In this document: in pieces, positions 35,671 to 45,076 of the stretch
Layout: each line of letters starts with the position of its first letter
Numbering within the stretch: position 1 is the stretch's first letter
NCBI GenBank assembly: GCA_022729855.1
Contig: DZBG01000003.1
Span: 257-64,256 of the forward strand
Length of the DNA stretch: 64,000 nucleotides
Direction of reading: 5' to 3'
Origin: Bdellovibrio sp.
GTDB taxonomy: Bacteria > Bdellovibrionota > Bacteriovoracia > Bacteriovoracales > Bacteriovoracaceae
The notes under the pieces: generated by a model
Database searches by the model: none
Seen by the model: the letters and a program-made list of their open reading frames with translations, nothing else
What the model was told of the DNA's origin: nothing
Program-made: the position numbers and the translations under genes

Positions 35671-36402
35671 ATGACTAAGCTTAAACTGACTCTTCTTATC
35701 CTTCTCTGTTCTGCTCAGGCCATGGCCATGATTTGTGGAGAGGATGACCGTATTCCTGCCTACGACTCACGAATCGGGCGAATGAAACTCAGTCATCTCG
35801 ATAGTGCCTGTACCGCCACTATGATTAGCAAAAACTGCGCGATTACAGCAGGCCATTGTCTTAAACACATGAAAACTCTTGAATTCAATGTTCCCCTTTC
35901 TGTCCGTGGGAAGGCCCAGTTTGCCGACATGAAAGATATCTATCAAATTGATCAAGCCTCAATTGTTTATAGAAATACTCCCCCAAGTACCGACTGGGCG
36001 GTCTTTAAAGTCAAAAAAAATATGTACACTAAGCTTTCTGCTGGTGAGGCCAATGGTTATTTCAAGGTTAACTTTGAACTACCAAAAGTTGGTGAAGAAT
36101 TAATGTTTAGTGGATACGGTACAGATCTACGTGGTGATGGTTCTCATAATTACACACTTCAAACTGACCACGGAAAACTTGAGGCCACTCAGTCTTTGGT
36201 TTTTGGAAAGGCTCTACATTATTCTATTGATTGCACTGGCGGGACATCTGGCTCTTCAGTCATTCGAGTCAAGGAACAGGATATTGTCGGAATTCACACT
36301 CACGGTGGCTGTCCCTCAATTTCAAATCACGGAACAAGCATTGCAAGTAAACCTGAGCTCATCCAAGCTATCAAGGCTTGTCTGAGCTCTGATTCAAAAT
36401 AA
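35671..36402 (+). CDS. Secreted trypsin-like (S1, V8/Glu-endopeptidase-like) serine protease
   Basis: 243-aa ORF. Signal peptide 'MTKLKLTLLILLCSAQAMA', His motif 'TAGHC', 'DWAVFKV' (Asp) and 'GGTSGSSV' (Ser). Confidence 0.8.
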   Translation: MTKLKLTLLILLCSAQAMAMICGEDDRIPAYDSRIGRMKLSHLDSACTATMISKNCAITAGHCLKHMKTLEFNVPLSVRGKAQFADMKDIYQIDQASIVYRNTPPSTDWAVFKVKKNMYTKLSAGEANGYFKVNFELPKVGEELMFSGYGTDLRGDGSHNYTLQTDHGKLEATQSLVFGKALHYSIDCTGGTSGSSVIRVKEQDIVGIHTHGGCPSISNHGTSIASKPELIQAIKACLSSDSK

Positions 36403-36407
36403 TCATT

Positions 36408-37667
36408 TTAATCTATACGGTAATAAGTTGCTTCATCTAATTGCCCTTCTGATTTAGCCACAATACAGCTCACAACTGAGTCACCAGTCACATTCACTGC
36501 CGTTCTCACCATATCTAAAAGTCGATCCACACCAATAATCATGCCAATTCCTTCCACAGGAAGTCCAACTTGCTTAAACACCATAGCAAGCATCACAAGC
36601 CCTACTCCTGGAACACCAGCAGTTCCGATAGAAGCAAGAGTCGCAGTTAAGATAACCATTAAGTAACCGCTGAATCCAATATCAATGCCGTAAACTTGAG
36701 AAACAAAAACCGTCGCCACACCTTGCATGATAGCGGTTCCATCCATATTAATGGTGGCACCGAGTGGAATTGTAAATGAGGCCACAGAATTATGAACACC
36801 AAGTTTCTTTTCAGTCACTTCTAGGTTTACAGGAATAGTGGCGTTTGAGCTTGCTGTTGAAAAAGCAAAAACCATTACTTCTTTAAACTGACGATAAAAA
36901 TAGGTTGGTTTTAATTTGGCCATCACTCTTAATAGACCACCGTAAACAAGAGTTGAATGGATAAGCAGTACGCCAAGAACGGTAAAGAAGTATTTGGCCA
37001 TAGGCTTAATGGCATCAAAGCCTTGCATCGCAAAGACCTTAGCAAGCAAACAAAATACACCATAAGGAGCCAGCTCAATTAAAAGCATTACCATTTTCAT
37101 AATGATAGTATTGAGGTCTTCAAAAATTTTAAAAACTCTTTTTCCTGGGTCACCAGAAAGAGTCATTCCTACACCAAATAAAAGGGCAAAAACGATAATC
37201 TGAAGCATCTCCCCTTTGGCCATTGATTCAATTGGGTTATTAGGAAAAATATTTGAAATAACATCTACAAGACCAGGACTGTCCTTAGACTCAAAATAAG
37301 CCGGAGCCGACATTTGAAATCCAAGACCTGGATCAACGAGCTCAGCAATAAAGAGAGCAAGAGCAATTGCAATACCGGTAGTTAAAACATAAAGAATGAA
37401 AGTTTTCATTCCAAGGCGGCCAAGTTTTTTAATATCCTCTAAAGCACCAGTTCCGGTAACGAGAGAGACAAAAACCATAGGAACCACTAAGAGTTTAAGT
37501 GACGAAAGAAAAATTCTTCCTCCAACTTCAATAACTCCTTCAAGGACGAAGCTTTTCATAAAGCCATCGACACCGATAAAGTTAATTAAGCACCCAACAA
37601 TAATCCCAAGTAGCATCCCAATAATAATCTTCAGCGTCAGCTGCTTGCCAGTTGTTCCTGTAGTCAT
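36408..37667 (-). CDS. Dicarboxylate/amino acid:cation symporter (DAACS, GltP-like)
   Basis: 419-aa polytopic ORF. 'SSNATIP' and 'PLGATINMDGTAI...' hairpin motifs and 'VDRLLDMVRTAVNVTGD' are typical of the family. Confidence 0.9.
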   Translation of the reverse strand: MTTGTTGKQLTLKIIIGMLLGIIVGCLINFIGVDGFMKSFVLEGVIEVGGRIFLSSLKLLVVPMVFVSLVTGTGALEDIKKLGRLGMKTFILYVLTTGIAIALALFIAELVDPGLGFQMSAPAYFESKDSPGLVDVISNIFPNNPIESMAKGEMLQIIVFALLFGVGMTLSGDPGKRVFKIFEDLNTIIMKMVMLLIELAPYGVFCLLAKVFAMQGFDAIKPMAKYFFTVLGVLLIHSTLVYGGLLRVMAKLKPTYFYRQFKEVMVFAFSTASSNATIPVNLEVTEKKLGVHNSVASFTIPLGATINMDGTAIMQGVATVFVSQVYGIDIGFSGYLMVILTATLASIGTAGVPGVGLVMLAMVFKQVGLPVEGIGMIIGVDRLLDMVRTAVNVTGDSVVSCIVAKSEGQLDEATYYRID

Positions 37668-37737
37668 AAATCAATGTCCTTTTTATTCAGTAAATACTCT
37701 AAAACATGTTTTTCTGAATGTCATGGGATCAAAGGAC

Positions 37738-37765
37738 AAAAAAAAGGGACAGCTCGTGCTGTCCC
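37738..37765 (-). terminator. Rho-independent terminator of the flagellar operon (after flgE)
   Basis: Minus strand reads GGGACAGC-ACGA-GCTGTCCC followed by eight T. Confidence 0.85.
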
Positions 37766-37802
37766 TTCCCGTAGTAGTAGCTAGTATTCTAGGAATCTAA
37801 AA

Positions 37803-39083
37803 TTAACGTTTAATATTAAGAACTTCTTGTAACATCTGATCAGATGTAGTGATCGTTCTAGTGTTGGCTTGGAAGTTACGTTGAGCGGCCATTAAGCTAA
37901 TGAACTCATTTGCAATATCTACGTTTGATTGCTCAATTGATTTTGCAAGAACTTCACCACGACCATCTGCTCCTGGTTTTCCCATTGCTGCTTGACCTGA
38001 TTTACGAGTTTCTTTAAAAAGGTTTTTACCTGTTTTGAAAAGACCTTCGTTATTTTCAAATTTCGCTACTGCAACTTGACCTAATTCACGTTGAACACCG
38101 TTATCGTATACCGCTGTTAGAACACCTTCATCATTGAACGACATTGAAGCAAGTGTCGCAGCTGATGAACCATCTTGAGAGTGACGAGCGATAGATGATC
38201 TAGAACCGTATTGAGTTGAAGCATCAAGACCAGTTCCACCTTCTTTGATTGTTTTACCAAAATCAAGAACGATTTTCTGTCCTGCAGCTGCACCCTTATT
38301 GAAATTGAAGCTGTTAAGTCCTTCAATCTCTTCTTCAAGAACACCTTTTTGATTGAACTTAAGTTGTCCATTGGCCATTTCTGCAAGCTCACCTGGAACT
38401 CCGTTAGCAGCATCTGCACCATCAACCATGGCATGGTATTCCCACATTCCATCAGCTTTTTTATTGAAATAAGTTGTTACTAGACGAGCTGTACCAACAT
38501 TATCGTAAACAGTTGCAGATGTATTATAGTTCGAAGTTTTATCTGGATTCTTTGGATCAAAAACTTTTACATTTTCGCGTGAATCAAGATTCATCGACAT
38601 TTTAAGTTCTTTAGTAGCTGTTGCTGGGATTGTTGTGTTTCCTAATTTAATAGGAGCGATAGCATTTGTAATTTCACCTTTTTCATTTGGTTGAAATCCA
38701 AGTGCTTTATAACCGTCACCATTAATCATATGACCTTCTTTATCGAAATGGAATGAACCATCACGAGTAAATCCTTGTCCAAATGGTGCTTCTACAGCGA
38801 AAAATCCGTTTCCGTTGATAGCAAGGTCAGTAATGTTTGAAGTTCTTGCAACTGTTCCTTGAGTGAACTGTGGAGTTACGTGAGCAAGCTTAGTCCCTGA
38901 TCCGATTTGATCTCCGCCATCAATACCTTTAAGTGAATTTGAAAGCATGTCTTGGAATTCTGCGCGAGAAGATTTAAATCCGAATGTACCTGCGTTGGCG
39001 ATGTTGTCACCAATAACAGACATTGACTGACCAGCTGCTGTTAGACCTGTAACACCAGTGTTAAAAGATGCAAGAATACTCAT
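37803..39083 (-). CDS. flgE: Flagellar hook protein FlgE
   Basis: 426-aa ORF. N-terminus 'FNTGVTGLTAAGQSMSVIGDNIANAGTFGFK' and C-terminus 'EQSNVDIANEFISLMAAQRNFQANTRTITTSDQMLQEVLNI'. Confidence 0.9.
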   Translation of the reverse strand: MSILASFNTGVTGLTAAGQSMSVIGDNIANAGTFGFKSSRAEFQDMLSNSLKGIDGGDQIGSGTKLAHVTPQFTQGTVARTSNITDLAINGNGFFAVEAPFGQGFTRDGSFHFDKEGHMINGDGYKALGFQPNEKGEITNAIAPIKLGNTTIPATATKELKMSMNLDSRENVKVFDPKNPDKTSNYNTSATVYDNVGTARLVTTYFNKKADGMWEYHAMVDGADAANGVPGELAEMANGQLKFNQKGVLEEEIEGLNSFNFNKGAAAGQKIVLDFGKTIKEGGTGLDASTQYGSRSSIARHSQDGSSAATLASMSFNDEGVLTAVYDNGVQRELGQVAVAKFENNEGLFKTGKNLFKETRKSGQAAMGKPGADGRGEVLAKSIEQSNVDIANEFISLMAAQRNFQANTRTITTSDQMLQEVLNIKR

Positions 39084-39199
39084 ACGTGTCCTCCTAGAGA
39101 CGGAAAGGGGAATTAAGCACTACAGGCTTTCTTCCATGGCCTCCAGAAAAGGACCGGCCACCTTTACCAAGTTAATATATACTACCTACTACACACTAC

Positions 39200-39613
39200 C
39201 TAACTCATGAAGATCGTCGAATCGATCTTCGTAAAAACATTTTCATTCATGCTATTTTTATCAACAGCAGTCACAACTGTGTTGCGGTCAACATCAACAA
39301 CGTAAGCAGCCTTACCTGTGATTACTAGTGAATCGTGTCCACCCTTTGCTTTTAATTTTCCGATAGCTTCTTTAATCTTCATATACTCGTTATTATCAAA
39401 CTCAATATTTCTATCGCTAAGTCTTTTCATTGCATGAGAAGACATACTTACTTCTTGTCCAAACGCCGGAGCGTTTTGTTGACCTTGAACCTGATCAAGT
39501 AATCCTTTAAATTCGCTCTTCTCACCTTTCTGTAAATTATTCGCCTGCTCGACTTTTTTATCGGCCGGCACCGTATTTACATTGGGAATAAGAAATGAAT
39601 TTATCTTACTCAT
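39200..39613 (-). CDS. Flagellar operon protein (TIGR02530-like, between flgD and flgE)
   Basis: 137-aa ORF. 'SSHAMKRLSDRNIEFD...KGGHDSLVITGKAAYVVDVDRNTVVTAVD' matches my recollection of the family found at this position in Firmicutes/spirochaetes. Confidence 0.6.
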   Translation of the reverse strand: MSKINSFLIPNVNTVPADKKVEQANNLQKGEKSEFKGLLDQVQGQQNAPAFGQEVSMSSHAMKRLSDRNIEFDNNEYMKIKEAIGKLKAKGGHDSLVITGKAAYVVDVDRNTVVTAVDKNSMNENVFTKIDSTIFMS

Positions 39614-39624
39614 GGTTCCTTTTT

Positions 39625-40542
39625 TTAATCGTAGATTCCAGCATCAACTGGAGTCTGTTGTTGTTCTTTATAAGCATTCATCGCTTGCTGAACAGGTCTT
39701 GTATTAGATTGTACCATCGGGGCATTCTGGTTCGATAGCTGGGTATTAATTGCCCTGTGCGTTTCATTCTCAGGAATATGAAAACTAGAAACATCACGCA
39801 AGAAAACTTTTTGTCCATCAACAGTAAGCATAGGCTCACCATCTTCGAAAGTTACAGCTTGTACGATACCCGTTGCTTGTGTGCGAGTTCCAACTTCTTG
39901 GCCAGCATTATCCCAAGCTTTTACTTGAACTTTATAATTACCTTTCACTGCAGGAGATCCATCAAGGGCAACACCATCCCAAGTTAATGAGTGTGCTCCA
40001 CCAGACATTCCTTCTTTCCAAATCTCACCCATGGTTTGATTTTTCTCATCTAGAATACGAACCATTACTTTCGCAGAATCGCCATCTAGTTTGAAAAGAA
40101 CATCTCCTGTATCACCATCTTCTTTTAAGCTGATAGTAGATCCAGTTGTCACAACTTTTTTACCAACAAATCCTGCCGCATAAAATTTATCCTGCATTTG
40201 CTGAGTCTTATTGGCTTCGTCGTATTTTTTATTTAAATTTGTTAACTGCTCAAGTTGAGAGAACTGGGCAAGCTCACCAGTAAATTTATCTTGCTCCATT
40301 GGATTCATTGGATCTTGATTTTGTAACTGGAAAGTTAATAGTTTTAGAAATTCGTCTTTACCCATTTGGTTATGAGTTTTTGCATCACCAAAACGTGCAT
40401 CTTTTTCTTTGTAACCAGTCGCCTTATTAATGACGTCTTGGTTAATATCAGCACCAGATCTACCTTTACTCGATAAAGCTTTTGGCGCCATAGTGACTTG
40501 ACTAGATTGTTGAGGAGTGGCTGGTCTTCCTATTGATGGCAT
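39625..40542 (-). CDS. flgD: Flagellar hook capping/assembly protein FlgD
   Basis: 305-aa ORF. 'KDEFLKLLTFQLQNQDPMNPMEQDKFTGELAQFSQLEQL' plus a C-terminal Ig-like region. TAATG stop/start overlap with fliK. Confidence 0.85.
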   Translation of the reverse strand: MPSIGRPATPQQSSQVTMAPKALSSKGRSGADINQDVINKATGYKEKDARFGDAKTHNQMGKDEFLKLLTFQLQNQDPMNPMEQDKFTGELAQFSQLEQLTNLNKKYDEANKTQQMQDKFYAAGFVGKKVVTTGSTISLKEDGDTGDVLFKLDGDSAKVMVRILDEKNQTMGEIWKEGMSGGAHSLTWDGVALDGSPAVKGNYKVQVKAWDNAGQEVGTRTQATGIVQAVTFEDGEPMLTVDGQKVFLRDVSSFHIPENETHRAINTQLSNQNAPMVQSNTRPVQQAMNAYKEQQQTPVDAGIYD

Positions 40543-41900
40543 TAGGCAGCCGCCTTGTCATTTAACAAATTCCAAAGCTCCGCTCTGCGATTTTGTTCCT
40601 GACGTCTTTCATTTTGCTCAGAACCAAATTGTTTTTCAGAACCAGCAAATTGATTTGAATTTGAACCATGATTTGAGTTCATATCAGATCCACCTTTAGC
40701 ATTCGATGAATCAACTTTAAAATCAGTCACATTCATTCCCGATTGGGCAAGGGATGTGAAAAGTTCACCTTTGTGTTGTTGAAGCATTGCTTTTACTTCA
40801 GGTGAGCTTGTCGCGATATTAATCACAATATTTTCTACATTATTGCGTCCAGGATTAATTCCTCTGGCCACAGTGATATCCATTTGACCAAATTCTTTAT
40901 GATCAATTTTCATTTGAACAGTTGGCTCTTTTGCAGCCTTGGCCTGAACAATATAATCAGAAATCTGAGTCATGATAGCTTTTGCATCATCAGATTTAAG
41001 TTGTGACATATGGAAAACTTTTGGTGCAGCAGTTTGGTGAGCAGAGTCAACACTCTTGCTTGCAGCCGCTTCAGTCATTAAACCTAAAATAAATTCCTGA
41101 GAAGGAGCTGATGATGAACCTTGTGCGAGATTCATATTTGAGGCATTCACCATCTCAGATTTTTTAAGATCAAGACTTTCTAGTTCTTTGACTTGAGTAT
41201 TTTTTGGAAGGCCATAGGCCTCTCCACCTTGAACTTTTTTAGAGTTTTTCATTTGTCTTTGAAGCATGAAATCATCAAACTTCATAAACTCAGGATCAAC
41301 TTCTGCTGGTGATAAATCTATAGCTGGTGCTCTTTGAACTCCCGCCTTAGCAAGAGGAGCCGCAAGTAAAGTTTGAATCTCATCTTTTTTAAGATCAGCA
41401 ATTTCTGATTCAAGAGGAACTCCATCAACTGCAAGCTCACTCCCTTCAGCACTAACAGCAAGCTTAGGGTCCATGAGATTACTTACATCTTTGGTAAGTG
41501 TTGGATCAACAAGTTTTGCACTTACACCCTCAGCTTCTGGCTGAAGAGATGGAAGTTGTTTTACGATATTTGATGGAAGTTCTTGGTTCAGAAGTTCAAG
41601 ACCTTGAAGGCCTGCCACTTGAGTTGCCACTAGATTTTCGGGCTGAATAACTGATTTATTATTTGCATCAGTGGCCACAGGACTTTCACCTTGTGTGAAC
41701 TGAGCTTGAGGAAGTTGAACTTCTGCCATAAGCAATTCGTCCATCTTCATTGAACTCGCAAGTTCATTAGCAAAGTCAGCTTGCTCTAAAGCAAGTTCTG
41801 GATCTTGTGCTAGGGCATTAGCGAGATCAGTATCAAGAGCCTCAGCTCCTGCCTTCCCTGCTTTTACCTTTGAATTTGAGAGATTCAATCCTTGAATCAT
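40542..41900 (-). CDS. fliK: Flagellar hook-length control protein FliK
   Basis: 452-aa ORF. Low-complexity N-terminus and C-terminal Flg_hook-like 'MKIDHKEFGQMDITVARG...VINIATSSPEVKAMLQQHKGELFTSLAQSGMNVTDFKV'. Confidence 0.75.
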   Translation of the reverse strand: MIQGLNLSNSKVKAGKAGAEALDTDLANALAQDPELALEQADFANELASSMKMDELLMAEVQLPQAQFTQGESPVATDANNKSVIQPENLVATQVAGLQGLELLNQELPSNIVKQLPSLQPEAEGVSAKLVDPTLTKDVSNLMDPKLAVSAEGSELAVDGVPLESEIADLKKDEIQTLLAAPLAKAGVQRAPAIDLSPAEVDPEFMKFDDFMLQRQMKNSKKVQGGEAYGLPKNTQVKELESLDLKKSEMVNASNMNLAQGSSSAPSQEFILGLMTEAAASKSVDSAHQTAAPKVFHMSQLKSDDAKAIMTQISDYIVQAKAAKEPTVQMKIDHKEFGQMDITVARGINPGRNNVENIVINIATSSPEVKAMLQQHKGELFTSLAQSGMNVTDFKVDSSNAKGGSDMNSNHGSNSNQFAGSEKQFGSEQNERRQEQNRRAELWNLLNDKAAA

Positions 41901-41929
41901 TATTTTTGGTCCTTTCGTGGTCCTACGGT

Positions 41930-42457
41930 CTATCTTTTCATATTTAGGTACTGTTTTTGAAGCCGGGCAGAAACTTCCTTGTCCATAAAGTTGAATATTT
42001 TAGACGCCTTTTTGGCATCAATCATCTGGAGAATCTTCACGGCAATATCGGCTTCCTGCACAGAAAGGACCTCTGCGGCCTTCTGAGGCTTCATATTTGA
42101 CACCATATCCACTAACTGGGCGACTCTGCCCTTACCTTCATCCTCATTGCGTTGAATGCACCCAATAAAGGCCTTTTGGCGACTTTCAAATTCTGCATAT
42201 TTTTTTCCAAGATCTGATTCAGAGGTTTTTAGTTGGTCTTCTTTTTTCTGAAGTTCAAGTTCTTGAAGGCGAATTTTTTCATCTTTTTCTACTAATTCTT
42301 TAGTGAGATCGGTTACCGAAGTATTTTTTATTTTATCAACTTGAGCTTTAACTTCCGCTGCCACTTTTTTAATAAAGTCAGCTTCAGTATATTTCGCTCC
42401 CTCTGTGGCCATAGCTGAGAGTGAGAAAATAGTTATTAAAAATATAATTTTTTTCAT
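41930..42457 (-). CDS. MotE/YlxF-like flagellar protein (MgtE_N-type domain)
   Basis: 175-aa ORF. N-terminal signal/anchor, coiled coil, and 'QKAAEVLSVQEADIAVKILQMIDAKKASKIFNFMDKEVSARL'. Position after fliJ matches B. subtilis ylxF. Confidence 0.6.
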   Translation of the reverse strand: MKKIIFLITIFSLSAMATEGAKYTEADFIKKVAAEVKAQVDKIKNTSVTDLTKELVEKDEKIRLQELELQKKEDQLKTSESDLGKKYAEFESRQKAFIGCIQRNEDEGKGRVAQLVDMVSNMKPQKAAEVLSVQEADIAVKILQMIDAKKASKIFNFMDKEVSARLQKQYLNMKR

Positions 42458-42459
42458 AA

Positions 42460-42915
42460 TTAGAGTTCCTGCTTTTTATTCGCGAGCCATAACTGTGTTT
42501 GCTCTTCCACTTTTTGATCGATTTCTTTATTCGTCAATCTTTTGTATTCTTGAAAATCTTTTTCTTTAAGATTTTCCATTACTTTCAGCTCGCCTTTAAC
42601 CACAGCTAGTTCTTGTTTTTTTTCATCAATAAGGTGCTGCTGTTTTCTTTTGTCGCGATTTAAAAGTTGAATATTTTTTGTTTTAGCAGCAATCATATCC
42701 GGGATGAGTCTAAGTTGACCTCCTCCCATACCAGTTTTCAGTAAATCTTCTTGCATCTTGTAGTAATTATCGATTTGCAATTTTTCATACTCAATTTGGT
42801 TATCGTATTTCTGCATTTCTAACATCAGCGCCCCAAGGGCCATACGACAATTTTCTTCGTTTAATTTACGAAGTTTTAAAACAGCTTCAAGTTTAAAAGC
42901 ATATTTTTTAATCAT
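42460..42915 (-). CDS. fliJ: Flagellar export chaperone/stalk FliJ
   Basis: 151-aa all-coiled-coil ORF directly downstream of fliI. 'FKLEAVLKLRKLNEE' start is typical. Confidence 0.75.
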   Translation of the reverse strand: MIKKYAFKLEAVLKLRKLNEENCRMALGALMLEMQKYDNQIEYEKLQIDNYYKMQEDLLKTGMGGGQLRLIPDMIAAKTKNIQLLNRDKRKQQHLIDEKKQELAVVKGELKVMENLKEKDFQEYKRLTNKEIDQKVEEQTQLWLANKKQEL

Positions 42916-42920
42916 AGCTA

Positions 42921-44264
42921 TTAACTCACGCCTTCGGCTTTGCGAGCGATGTCGAGCATACGATCGAATAATTCATCGATTCGAGATGACTCATCAACTT
43001 GCTGGCGAAGAAGATTAATAATATCGTCGTAAACTAAGATGGCCTTATCAACTTTAGGGTTTGATCCACGAGAATAAGCCCCTACTGTAATAAGATCTTC
43101 AGATTCTTTATAAGCAGCGAGCAAGTCTCTTAAGTGCGAGGCCACAATTTTATGTTCTTTGGTTGAAACTTTTGGCATTACCCTTGAAATAGAAGCAAGC
43201 ACATCAATCGCAGGATAATGGTTTTTTGCGGCCATTGACCTTGATAAAACAATATGTCCATCCGAGATTGATCTTACTGAGTCAGCAATAGGTTCATCCA
43301 TATCTCCCCCTTCAACGAGGACTGTATAGATTCCGGTAATTGATCCTGCTCCAGCTTTAGTTCCCGCTCTTTCCATTAGTTTGGGAAGTTTGGCGAATAC
43401 ACTTGGAGCATAACCTTTCTGCCCAGGTGGCTCACCAGTTGAAAGTGAAATTTCACGTGCGGCCATCGCAAAACGTGTAATTGAATCCATCATTAAAAGA
43501 ACATCTGCATTTCTATCACGGAAATATTCTGCAATTGTAGTGGCAGCATAAGCGGCTTTCATACGAATAAGAGCAGATGTATCAGAAGTGGCCACAACAA
43601 TAACTGAGCGCTTAATACCTTCAGGACCTAGATCTGATTCAATAAACTCTAAAACCTCACGTCCACGCTCACCAATTAAAGCAATCACGTTGATGTCAGA
43701 ATCAGTGTTTTTGGCCATCATTCCCATGAGGACTGACTTACCTACACCTGAACCCGCCATAATCGCCATACGCTGACCACGGCCAGCGGTAATAAAACAA
43801 TTAATCGAATTAATTCCTGTATCGAGAGGCTTTCTAATGGGTGGACGATCCAGTGGATTGATAGGAGTACCGAAAATAGATCTTTTCTCAAAAGGTCCTT
43901 CAATCGGGCCCTTGCCGTCCATTGGATTACCTTGAAAATCAACCACACGGCCAAGCATTGCTTCAGAGATTTTTAACTCTGTAACAACTTCTTTAAGATA
44001 AATTCTAGTTTCAGAGTTTATTCCAGATAATTCATTATAAGGCATCACCATACAATGTTGCCCATTAATAGAAACAACCTCGCCTAAGCTACGCTCACCA
44101 CTCTCAGTCACAAATTCAACATTTGAGCCAAGTATGGCCTTCGGAACTGAAGCCTCATAAACCATCCCTCGACTATTGATAATTTTACCAATCTTCTCGT
44201 AGGGAATTTTATTTTCAATATGTTTTAGGATTTTTGGAAATGAAAGATCTTCACTCATGGCCAA
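42921..44264 (-). CDS. fliI: Flagellum-specific ATPase FliI
   Basis: 447-aa ORF. Walker A 'AGSGVGKS', Walker B 'VLLMMDS', F1-ATPase beta-like core. Confidence 0.95.
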   Translation of the reverse strand: MAMSEDLSFPKILKHIENKIPYEKIGKIINSRGMVYEASVPKAILGSNVEFVTESGERSLGEVVSINGQHCMVMPYNELSGINSETRIYLKEVVTELKISEAMLGRVVDFQGNPMDGKGPIEGPFEKRSIFGTPINPLDRPPIRKPLDTGINSINCFITAGRGQRMAIMAGSGVGKSVLMGMMAKNTDSDINVIALIGERGREVLEFIESDLGPEGIKRSVIVVATSDTSALIRMKAAYAATTIAEYFRDRNADVLLMMDSITRFAMAAREISLSTGEPPGQKGYAPSVFAKLPKLMERAGTKAGAGSITGIYTVLVEGGDMDEPIADSVRSISDGHIVLSRSMAAKNHYPAIDVLASISRVMPKVSTKEHKIVASHLRDLLAAYKESEDLITVGAYSRGSNPKVDKAILVYDDIINLLRQQVDESSRIDELFDRMLDIARKAEGVS

Positions 44265-45057
44265 CCACTGAATCGAAAACTTTGTCGATCACTTGAAAAA
44301 CTCCTTTAAGAGAGCCGTCAATGATGCCATTTTCTGATTCAAGAACAATTCCCGCGTGCTCCATCTCACTATCAACTTCAACTCTGACATTAGTTAACTG
44401 ACCTAGACGAGATTCAACCGCCTTGATAATTTCTGGCATTTCTTTGAAATGTTCAGCGTTAACTTTAATAATTAAGTTTTGACGAGCATTCGTTTCTAGT
44501 AAAAGTTTTTCAAAAAGTTTTTCCATATAAAGTTGTTCATCAATTTCTTTGAGAACAATCCATTTTGTGAACTTTTTTACAAACTCATAAATTTGTTTGC
44601 GGTTTTTATCTTGAATGGCCTTAAAATTTGCACCTAATACTTCAATACTTTGAGCAAAGCTTTCAATCTTTGCAGCTGCAGCGGCATCAAAGTCTTGGTG
44701 AGACAGAGCAAAAGCTTCTTCTCTACCTTTTTCAAGACCGTCTTTGTAAGCCTTCTGCTCGATCTTCTCAATTCGTTTCTGTACTTCTTTTTGAATACGA
44801 ATTTCAATATCATCCTCTTCTTGAGAAGAGAGACCTCTTGAAGCACGAACTTTATCATCAATTTTAAAATTATTTTTTTTCTCGTGAAGACGCTCTGAAC
44901 GAATCGTCTCATCGGAGATGTCAGTACTTTGAATCGATTGACCACTAAGAGTATCAAAGGAGAATGGCTTAAAATCACTGCCACCTTTAACCACTTTTGA
45001 TTGGTTAAAGTCAGTAAAACTAAATGGTTTAACGTCGAAGTCTTTGTTTTTTTCCAT
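44251..45057 (-). CDS. fliH: Flagellar assembly protein FliH
   Basis: 268-aa ORF. Charged coiled coil and C-terminal 'AGIVLESENGIIDGSLKGVFQVI'. 14-nt overlap with fliI. Confidence 0.8.
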   Translation of the reverse strand: MEKNKDFDVKPFSFTDFNQSKVVKGGSDFKPFSFDTLSGQSIQSTDISDETIRSERLHEKKNNFKIDDKVRASRGLSSQEEDDIEIRIQKEVQKRIEKIEQKAYKDGLEKGREEAFALSHQDFDAAAAAKIESFAQSIEVLGANFKAIQDKNRKQIYEFVKKFTKWIVLKEIDEQLYMEKLFEKLLLETNARQNLIIKVNAEHFKEMPEIIKAVESRLGQLTNVRVEVDSEMEHAGIVLESENGIIDGSLKGVFQVIDKVFDSVVGHE

Positions 45058-45076
45058 AACCTAGGCCACCTGTAAA

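Noticed and set aside
39084-39199. I looked for sigma-54 (TGGCAC-N5-TTGC) or sigma-28 promoters in the 116-nt gap upstream of flgE, and also in the gaps at 50068..50094 and 52786..53009.
   Set aside because: There are only partial matches (e.g. TGGCCG-N5-TTTCT without the -12 GC). Nothing is convincing enough to annotate.
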